Origin: Octopus sinensis
Lineage: Eukaryota
Reading direction: 5' to 3'
DNA length: 64,000 bases
Assembly: GCF_006345805.1 (NCBI RefSeq)
Contig: NC_043001.1
Coordinates: 131,564,001-131,628,000 of the forward strand
The first letter of the stretch is position 1; every line of letters starts with the position of its first letter. Made by a program: the position numbers and the translations under genes. Below the pieces are notes generated by a model, which worked only from the letters and a program-made list of their open reading frames with translations, was not told the origin of the DNA and searched no databases. Below, piece after piece: positions 54,975 to 64,000 of this stretch.

Positions 54975-56232
54975 TGAGGTGCATTCAAAAAGTATCTGAC
55001 TTTACTTTTCCCACCAAAATAATGGTGTGTGACAAAATCCTTCAGGTGAGAGGTGACACCACCTTTCCTGCACATGCGGTAAAATATTTGCACTGGTAGG
55101 CCACATCAGTTTCCTGCTGTTATGCCTAGAGTACAGACACGTAGTGTATATCGTTAGATTTTCGTTTACATGCAAGATGACTGAACGCAAATTCTTGCTG
55201 AAATCTTGGTGATACTCAAACTCAAACCATCCAGTGGATTCAGCAGGCCTTTAGCTATGATTCTATGGGCAAAACTCAGATAAATGAGTTGTAAAACTGC
55301 TTCAAATATGGCCACACCTCAGTGGAGAGTGAAGCATGCTCTGGCAATCTATCCAGAAGCTGAAAGGAGGAACCGATTGAGATGGTGTGGCAAATAGTAA
55401 TGGAAGACTGTCATGTAAGAGTTCAGGAAATTTCTCACGAAGTGGGAATAAGTAGAGGTCATTGCATACCATTTTATTGGAGCATTTGTGCATGTGGAGA
55501 GTGCTGGCGAAATGCATCCCCAAAGTGCTGGCAGAGCAGCAGAAGTGACTCTGCATGGACATTGCTCAAGATATGCTGAACAGTGCAAACCACAATCCAG
55601 ATTTAATGAAAACCATCATTACTGGTGATGAGGTATCGATTTATGGTTACAACCCAGAAACCAAGTTACAGTCTTCCCAATGGAAGCGTTCATCATACCA
55701 AGGCCCAAAATGGCATAACAGATTTGCAGCAATGTGAACAAAGTGTTGACCTGTTTCTCTGACTCCTGTGGTATTGTGCATCATGAATATGTGCCAGAAG
55801 GCCAAACAATCAATAAAGAGTACTACCTGGAGATTATACATTGTTTTCTTGATGCTGTGCATCAAAAATGGTTGGACATGTGAGCAGTGAAGAATTGACA
55901 ACTTCACCACAACAATGCGCCTGCTCATTATGCCCACATAATCCAAGCCTTACTGTTCAAGAGCAACACACCACTTGTTAGACATGATCCTTGCTCTCTT
56001 GGCTTGGCTCCATGTGACTTCTGACTTTTTGCCAAACTGAAAACCACACGAAATTATTAGAGAAGCAGAGCTCAATATCATTCCAGAAAAGGTGTTCCAG
56101 AGTTGTCATCAGAAGTTGCAGAACTGGTAGGATAAGTGTGTGAGTGCCTAAGAAGGTGATTAAATAAAATTTGTGAAATGTACAAAATTGTTTTTTATAC
56201 CCATAGGTCAGATATTTTTTGAATGCACTTCA
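54975..56232 (+). mobile_element. Full-length dead mariner (DD34D-type) transposon, 1258 bp
   Basis: 26-bp TIRs (TGAGGTGCATTCAAAAAGTATCTGAC, 24/26 match) with TA on both sides. Transposase remnant ~55177-56163 has TGDEVSIYGYNPETKLQSSQWK, LHHNNAPAH, LAPCDF*LFAKLK and ends EGD*; multiple stops and frameshifts. Confidence 0.92.
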
Positions 56233-56347
56233 TATATATATATATAAAACACATATCTATCTATCTATTTATTATCTATCTGTCTATCTATCTCTCTATC
56301 TCTCTATCTCTCTATCTATCTATCTATCTATATTATGTATATATATA

Positions 56348-56384
<37 letters not shown>

Positions 56385-56916
56385 TAGCTTAAAAGCTGCC
56401 TGGAGGCTCTTCATTAGGCCTTGGGCCCAACAATGACACTCCATGCATTATGTACATATTAAACTTTATTAAACTTGAACAATTTTCATCAAAATAATGA
56501 TATAATGTGTCGACTTGGAACTTATTGCAAAGCTGCATGATGAGCAACAGTACCACCACCATCACTACTACATCTGCCATATACACCATTCAGACTTCTG
56601 ACATCACCACCATCAATACTTTTGACTTCGCCACCTTCCCCTCCACCACCATCATCTCTGTCTTTCACATCACTTACTCTCACCATCATCCCTGACTGTG
56701 TCAGCTACCACCACCACCACCACCACCATAAATGCCGCCTCCACCTCTATCACAACTACAGCTATACTATTAATATCACCCCATTACCATCAGTGTTCAG
56801 TATGCTAGTTCAGTATGTTGGTTCAGTGTTCAGTCCCTCTTTCTCTCACATACACACTCTTTCTCTCTCTCTCTTATTATCATTCCCACTGACACCATCA
56901 ATACTACTACTTTGAA

Positions 56917-57172
56917 CCCTTTCATTACCAACCCAGCTGAAACCGGCTCTGGCTCTGAGTACAAATGTCTTGTTTTCATAAGTTTTGAATTAAGATCCTC
57001 CACCAAACTTTAGTCACAATTTATGTTCCTAACACTAGCTGAATGATAACTAAGTTACTTTACTAAATTCTTTGTTATATTTAAACTAAGTTACTTTACT
57101 AAATTCTTTGTTATATTTAAAGTAATTGAAAGAAATGCAGAGCATCTCAAAATAAATACAGTAATGAAAGGG
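56917..57172. mobile_element. piggyBac-type MITE, family P2, with internal 36-bp duplication (57048-57121)
   Basis: TGAA|CCCTTTCATTAC...GTAATGAAAGGG|TTAA; 12-bp perfect TIR; left TSD is one mismatch from TTAA. Confidence 0.8.
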
Positions 57173-57402
57173 TTAATAAAACATCATCAACTCTCCCTAA
57201 ATTTCTTTGTCTCTCTTTCTCTCCCTCTCTTTTTCTTTCTCTTTCTCTCTCTGTCTGTCTTTGCCACCGCCCTCACCATCTTTATGCCTACCATTACTTT
57301 CACCCAGCATGAAGAACAGTAGAAATGTCATTGAATAGTGACGCACAGAAATTAGTTTTTTGCATTTATTATATTAGATATATATGCAAAAACACATATA
57401 TA

Positions 57403-57825
57403 GGTGCAGGAATGGCTGTGTGGTAAGTAGCTTGCTAACCAACCACATGGTTCCGGGTTCAGTCCCACTGCGTGGCATCTTGGGCAAGTGTCTTCTGCTA
57501 TAGCCTTGGGCCGACCAAGGCCTTGTGAGTGGATTTGGTAGACAGAAACTGAAAGAAGCCTGTCGTATATATGTATATATATATATATGTGTGTGTGTAT
57601 ATGTTTGTGTGTCTGTGTTTGTCCCCCTAGCATTGCTTGACAACCGATGCTGGTGTATTTACGTCCCCGTCACTTAGCGGTTCGGCAAAAGAGAACGATA
57701 GAATAAGTACTGGGCTTACAAAGAATAAGTCCCGGGGTCGATTTGCTCGACTAAAGGCGGTGCTCCAGCATGGCCGCAGTCAAATGACTGAAACAAGTAA
57801 AAAGAAAAAGAAAAAGAAAAAAGAA
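57403..57825 (+). mobile_element. Young full-length tRNA-type SINE (family 1)
   Basis: A-box-like TGGCTGTGTGG, B-box-like GGTTCAGTCCC, internal TA/TG microsatellite, (AAAAG)n tail; CpGs retained. Confidence 0.93.
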
Positions 57826-58101
57826 ATATGTACTGGGTTATCCCATAAATAATGTGGGATTTTTATATGGCTTTTATTTTTCAAAATCAAGGTAAACAAA
57901 GTTCTTTTTTAATCTAAAATATACTCTCCTTAATTTTCTACCATGCTCTCCATTACTTGTGAAGATCACTGGTGGACCTGGTCAGCTCTACACATGATGA
58001 CACCTCTGAGACTTGAAATTACCCCAACCCCATCAAGCAAGAGCATGAAGCCAAGCCAGCCAACTGTCTCAGGAGGTACAGAACAATATATATATATAGA
58101 G

Positions 58102-58345
58102 AATACCAAACGAGTTCCCTATGGATACCGTATTTACGAGTGGCTTGTAATAAATACGGTATCCATAGGGAATGAGTTTGGTATTTTATTTATTACACAC
58201 GAATAAACGACCATATTTTATTAACCCAATAACTAAATTCTTCACGTTTAGTTGTAACTTATGAATGACAAAAGCAGTGCTGTCACCATGATCTCGGGTC
58301 ATCACCATGGATTGACCAATCAGAAGCAGCACTCGCAGTATCTGA
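58102..58345. repeat. Element with 35-bp inverted repeat (58102-58136 and 58151-58185) plus right extension, next to (TA)n
   Basis: Arms pair except for a 3-nt internal mismatch; the 14-nt loop can pair further. Confidence 0.8.
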
Positions 58346-58410
58346 CATATGTTAGATACCAAAAATATCTCTCAGTGTTCTCACTCACATGTGTGTAATA
58401 AATATATATA

Positions 58411-58621
58411 TGAGCTAGCAGAAACATTAGTACGCTGGGCAAAATGCTTACCGCTATTTTGTCTGCTTTTAGGTTCTGAGTTCAAATTTCGCCGAGGTCG
58501 ATTTTGCCTTTCATCCTTTCAGGGTCGATAAATTAAGTACCAGATGCGTACTGGGATCGATCCAATCGACTGGCCCCCTTCCCCAGAATTTCAGGCCTTG
58601 AGCCCTAGAGTAGAAAAGAAT
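58411..58621 (+). mobile_element. SINE (family 2)
   Basis: GAGCTAGCAGAAACATTAG...GGTTCTGAGTTCAAATTTCGCCGAGGTCGATTTTGCCTTTCATCC with B-box-like GAGTTCAAATT; matches 59576-59802 reversed. Confidence 0.9.
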
Positions 58622-58735
58622 ATATATATAATCCACTTGCAAAGTACCAAAAGTATTACAACTTTTAAAAAAGTGTTGAAAGAACTTTCAACAACTTCTG
58701 GGTTGATTTTGGTATGAACAACAGCAACACATTAA

Positions 58736-58956
58736 CCCTTTAGCATTTAAACTGGTTATATCCGGCCAAAAGTATTCTGCCATTTTTATGTTCAAACTGG
58801 CCAGATCTGGTTTCTCACACCAACCCTACAATATCGTTTTAAAACTTAACAGCTGCCGCATCAAAATCTCATAGCTACAAGATAATGCATGATTAGTTCA
58901 AAACAAAGTGGATCGAAAAGCATCAATTTTGGTAGAATAATGCGAACACTAAAGGG
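58736..58956. mobile_element. piggyBac-type MITE, family P1 (opposite orientation to 18543-18761)
   Basis: TTAA|CCCTTTAGCATT...AACACTAAAGGG|TTAA. Confidence 0.85.
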
Positions 58957-59575
58957 TTAAAGAACATATGAAAGATTCATTTGTTGAAAGACATGCAGCC
59001 GTATTAAGGTCTTTCAATCACGAATTAACAACCACAATGCATAATTGTATATACTTTGCTTCGCATAGAAGTAACAGCAATCATATATTGTAGAAATGTC
59101 ACTTGCAAACAGACAGCTGTCCTGTCCAGAGTAGAGTTATATCTCATCAGTTCAAAGTTATAAATGAATACTTCAATACTTGACTCCATAGTAATCAAAC
59201 TTATTCACATTCTACAAACTCTCATTTGATCCTTCAAAAGATGCTTTTAGAGATATTTATTTATGTTATCTATTATCAACATCTAGGCTAACTCTAAATA
59301 GGCTTCTCATGATTACATAATTATTTCTATTGGTTGAATTGAATACCACATGCTGCCAGATAATTTTGTCATTCTTTGACTTCTCTGCATGTCAGATTCA
59401 CTTTGGTATTGCTTATAATTAATGCTTAATCAAACTGCAGTTGATAACTCAGACTTGTTTAAGCAGAAATATCAAATATTCTTAGTTGTTTTCTGTTAAT
59501 TCAGATTGCTGTAGCTTTCATATGCCAGTGGTTCCTACACATTTTAAGGATTGCAGTATAGTTCTGAAAATACCT

Positions 59576-59860
59576 TTTTCTTTATTACCCACAAGGGGCT
59601 AAACACAGAAGGGACAAAGACAGACATAGGTATTAAGTCGATTACATCGACCCCAGTGCATAACTGGTACTTAATTTATCGACCCCGAAAAGATGAAAGG
59701 CAAATTCGACCTCGGTGGAATTTGAACTCAGAACGTAACGACAGACGAATTACAGCGACGCATTTCGCCTGGCGTGCTAACGTTTCTGCCAGCTCACCGC
59801 CTGGCATAAATTAAGTACCAGTTACGCACTGGAGTCGATGTAATTGACTCAATCCCTTTG
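59576..59860 (-). mobile_element. Young SINE (family 2, 59576-59802) followed by an inverted fragment of the same family (59806-59860)
   Basis: The reverse complement starts AGGCGGTGAGCTGGCAGAAACGTTAGCACGCC and has GAGTTCAAATTCC. 59806-59853 is 44/48 complementary to 59632-59679. Confidence 0.88.
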
Positions 59861-60026
59861 AAAATACCTCAAAGAAAAACATTGTACTCTTGAAATACTT
59901 ATAATATTTTTTTTCCTTTTACTGTATTCAATGATTCCCATGACTCATTGTCACCAATTCCATTATTATGATTTTGAATTGTGAGCTTGAGTCATAGAGA
60001 ATCTTTCGTTAACTGATTACATAACT

Positions 60027-60435
60027 GGTGCAGGAGTGGCTCTGTGGTAAGTAGCTTGCTAACCAACCACATGGTTCCAGGTACAATCCCACTGCGTGGC
60101 ATCTTGGGCAAGTGTCTTCTGCTATAGCCCCAGGCCGACCAATGCCTTGTGAGTGGATTTGGTAGACGGAAACTGAAAGAAGCCTGTCGTATATATGTAT
60201 ATATATATGTATGTGTGTGTGTTTGTGTGTCTGTGTTTGTCCCCCTAGCATTGCTTGACAACCGATGCTGGTGTGTTTACGTCCCTGTCACTTAGCGGTT
60301 CGGCAAAAGAGACTGATAGAATAAGTACTGGGCTTACAAAGAATAAGTCCCGGGGTCGATTTGCTCGACTAAAGGCGGTGCTCCAGCATGGCCACAGTCA
60401 AATGACTGAAACAAGTAAAAGAGTAAAAAGAGTAA
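60027..60435 (+). mobile_element. Young full-length tRNA-type SINE (family 1)
   Basis: Closely similar to 57403-57825; (AAAGAGTA)n tail. Confidence 0.93.
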
Positions 60436-60705
60436 CCATGGACGTCACCCCTATGGATGTTTTATAGTTACTCTCTTGATTGAGCCTGACTTGATCTCGG
60501 ATTCCTCCACTCCTCCATTCAGTATCAATGTAAGAAAGCATCGTTGGCTCAGTTGAGCTCTCCCACTATCTCTTCACAATTCGCAAAGCTGCATTCCCAT
60601 GACTTCTCTGAATCCCTGGCAAGGTTACTGAATGGGTGCTATGCCATGCCAAAGGGCAGCCCATAACTATGCAGAGCATGGTCATCACTCTGTGAGGTAT
60701 TTTCA

Positions 60706-60860
60706 AGAGGGTGGCTGCTGGAGGCCTCTATGTCTAGCAACAGGATTCTGCTCCATGCCACACAAGCAGGAGAACTCAGTCACAGCTGTCATACAATTTC
60801 TGGGACCACATCTTCCCAACATCTGGACACCTAGCTCCCCAGACCACAACCCACATACCC
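60706..60860 (+). mobile_element. Transposase fragment of a Tc1/mariner element, probably DD37D maT type
   Basis: KRVAAGGLYV*QQDSAPCHTSRRTQSQLSYNFWDH, then a frameshift, then PNIWTPSSPDHNP. These are the 'WQQDSAP.H' and 'WPP.SPD.NP' catalytic motifs. Confidence 0.75.
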
Positions 60861-61680
60861 AGATTTATAAAGTACAAAATATTTATGAACATGTTAATTT
60901 GTACAGATGGAGTTGTTTATATGGTGACCTCTATTAAGAGTCCAGCATCATTGGTAAAAGCTAAATGAGAAAGCCATGGTAATTCATTGCTTTCTGTAAA
61001 GAAGCCTTGAATGGCAAAAAGATTGTGAGTTGAATTATTTCTGTTATGGATACATGGACCTGAAATTTTGAGAGAGGGTGGTAGTTGATTGCATCAACCC
61101 CAGTTCTCAACTTTCAAACATTTTCCTAAAAATTTGTTTATTATTTAAATATTTTAGAAAGGACTGTGGGAGATTACTGAATTTTTGACATGATTTATGA
61201 TAGATGCAATCTCTTACTAAACTAGGTAATGTAGCTCACAAATTTACATGTTCTTATGATGAGTGTAAATATCAAAATATTACTTACAAATGTAAACCTG
61301 CATAAGCCTAAATAATTATATTTTTTCTTTCTTGCCAAATAACTTTACACATGATCTGCCATAGAAAACAATACGAAATTAGTTGGAAAATCCATCACTA
61401 AATAACATTTACCTTTGAAGTCATTGAAAGTTGAATTTACAAGAAAGACTGTGAAGGAAATCTTCATAAATTTTGAATTACTTGCTCACAGTAAAAAGTG
61501 AATTTTGACTCTCCCTCTAAGATGACTCTGTGAATGTACATATGGAGATGTCAACTGCTAAATGAGCCAAGAGCATATGTTGATCACATAAATCAAGTTG
61601 CATGGTTACAGGGTCATATCTATTATTTAATAAGCATATATATATATATATGTATATGTGTGTTAGGTTGATATACATGA

Positions 61681-61725
<45 letters not shown>

Positions 61726-61729
<4 letters not shown>

Positions 61730-61967
61730 TGGTACAAGAACGCAAAACATCCAAATAGACGATACAAAAAACACGGGCGGGTCATTCGAAGCCTTTAATC
61801 TTCAGTCAAGAACCAGATCATCCTTGCAATTTCGGCTGATTAGTCAAGATTATTCAGCCAAAATTGCGAGGATGAGCCAGTTCTTGACTGAAGATTAAAG
61901 GCTTTGAATGACCCGTCTGTGTTTTTTGTATCATCTATTTGGATATTTTGCGTTCTTGTCCCATTTT
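61726..61967. repeat. 114-bp inverted repeat (61726-61839 and 61854-61967) with (TA)n on both sides
   Basis: 11 mismatches in 114 bp, 7 at CpG positions. Confidence 0.9.
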
Positions 61968-64000
61968 GTATTTTTTATATATATATATATAGCGGCGTAC
62001 GTACACTTTGTTCTCTTATATATATATATACATACATATTTATACACACATATATACACACACAACAGTAAAAGAACTGAAGTTTTCACACTTGTATATT
62101 TTGTGTTTGCCACTTATTGAAAACAACATACCATCATTTTTTCTTTTTTAATTTTGCAAGTTGGCACAATTACAAAAATTTGGTCAAACTGCAGTTCGTA
62201 AAATTTCATTTTTACCATTTAAATACAAAAAAAAAAAAACCAAAGAAAATTATATTAGACTTATGCAAAGGATAAAATAGAAGCTGAATGAGAGATCATA
62301 AAGAAACAGAATGATAAAAAATGGACAAAGTGAAGTATGTGAAATACCCAGATGCTTTAAGAGACAGAGAGGAAAGTAAAACGCATAAAGAAAAGAAAAA
62401 TTGGAGAGGAAATACAAAAGTGTAAGATAATAAAAATTGACTTGAAACAGATTAAGAGGAAGAGAATTGAAAGAAGAGATAGAATTGAAACAGAACAAAG
62501 TAATATATGTAATGGGGCAGTGTAAGTCACTAGGAAGATACTATATGTTTATAAGTGAGTGATATTGCAGAAAGTGAGTATTGTGACAGAGGATAACATA
62601 GCAACGTATGTAAATAGGCATATGATGAAAGAGAGAGAGGAAGACGAGAATGTAAATTATTGAAAAATGAAGGCTAAGAATAAAAGCTCAGACAAGTGGT
62701 GAGAACATTTCAGTAAAACAGTCATGTTGATCAATAAATACATCAGAAAAATAAATTAAAATGATAAACTCAGATGAAAATGAAAGTGTTTGTAATAAAA
62801 TGAGACAAAATTCAATTAAAATAAAATCAAGTAGAGTGAAGTAGATGTTTGAATATTCAGTTGATAAAAACATGTCATTTTTGTATGTTATTAAGACAAA
62901 TCACACTACATTGGATGTGACAGGTCATTAAAACTTTTCATTCTTATATCTAATACTTTGGAACAGTGTTTATCTACAAAGAAACCTTTTACTCAAAATC
63001 CAAAAGTTTCCAGAAGTACCAAATAATTTCAAGGAATTTTGAAAAGATTGAAGAATTTCATAACTTAGGTTTCAGTAAATTCAGCCAATAGGTAGGATAA
63101 AGTTTCATAAAATACATTTATTTTGGCAAAGACATTTCAAAACCAGTTCATTCTTTGAGCTCAACAAGTTGATAAGATGGCAAAAAGGAAAAGTTTTTTG
63201 TTGATTCATTGTTAACACAACCCAGATCCTCCACAATATGGTGTAATTTTTACCACTGGTATCATATTGCAAGATCTTTTATTTTTTAGATGCTGAACAT
63301 GTTGCAAGAGTATGACACTATTTCTTTTACTCTGGGCACCCCACAAAAATATATATGCCATGAGTCCTGAAGATTTTCACATTTAAGGCTAAATAAACTT
63401 CTCTGCAGTCTGTCAATTTCATTATGATGCGGTGTGCAATTCCTTTGCTAAGGCATTTGTCATTGAATGGACAGAAGCTAATCTTCACACACTTATTCTG
63501 TAAAGATACTGTTATGTAGCTTTTGTAGATTCCTTGTTGATGCTAGAATTTATTTGCCAGCACAGCCAAGAATTCTCTGAAATAACTTTCAGAGAATTCT
63601 GACAAATATTCTGAGGTACCTATGACTTTTAGGAAAATGTCTGTGTGCCAAATTTATGAAAGTTTTGACAATATTATCTCTAAGCTGGAATGGAGTTAAA
63701 TCAAATGAAATTGTGTTTACATGGTTTTTTAGTGTGTTTTTTAATATAACTGATAGGTAAATATTGTATTTTATCCAAGAAACTACTTTTTCTTAAGGCA
63801 TTATAACATGGTGCACTCAATAAAAAATTCCCTCTTCTAGTAATAAACTTTAGATGCACCAACTCATGTTATTTACAAGATTCTTCAAGATGTGACAGTG
63901 ATGATTGGAAGACTTATAAATACATACCATTAGATCCTGAAACAGCATATTCCTCAGTTTTAAAATATAATGTGATATCCAATGGTGGAAGCACTCCGTT

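Noticed and set aside
57403-57480. tRNA gene
   Set aside because: Only A/B-box-like motifs of a SINE head are present, with no complete cloverleaf, and the sequence continues into the SINE body.
57352-60467. Repeated ORFs such as MSSNARGTNTDTQ and MTTDAGVFTS (also 2953, 3050, 6415)
   Set aside because: They are incidental frames inside SINE copies; the repetition reflects the SINE.
61880-61920. Hammerhead in the 114-bp hairpin (CTGAAGA...GAAT)
   Set aside because: GAAT instead of GAAA, no stem II and no stem I complement.
62900-63960. Possible decayed transposon
   Set aside because: The composition looks TE-like, but I could not recover any diagnostic motif or terminus.

Overview
AT-rich, microsatellite-saturated eukaryotic genomic DNA. 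The SINE repertoire, dense (TA)n/(CA)n/(AAT)n arrays and single C2H2 exon point to an octopus genome; this is inferred from recognised repeats, not from a search. The only supportable host coding sequence is the terminal exon (19310-20064, +) of a C2H2 zinc-finger transcription factor. It is entered through a phase-1 intron in the TG|ERPY linker and carries PxDLS-like and psi-KxE motifs plus an ordered-looking C-terminal segment. No upstream exon was found, so the intron probably exceeds 19 kb. The rest is repeats: two tRNA-type SINE families (young and old copies), 3' stubs of CR1 and R4/Dong LINEs, a full-length dead mariner, a maT-type transposase fragment, three TTAA/piggyBac-type MITEs, four long fold-back hairpins against (TA)n tracts, a degenerate hammerhead-like motif and an apparently exact 1760-bp tandem duplication. 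Almost all other ORFs in the track are artefacts of microsatellites or SINEs. I found no convincing new multi-gene system. The best leads are the hairpin-(TA)n elements with the hammerhead-like remnant (possible Penelope-like biology), the zinc-finger C-terminal domain, a candidate frame-preserving microexon whose donor has a 15-nt antisense partner, and several small CpG-rich unique islands.
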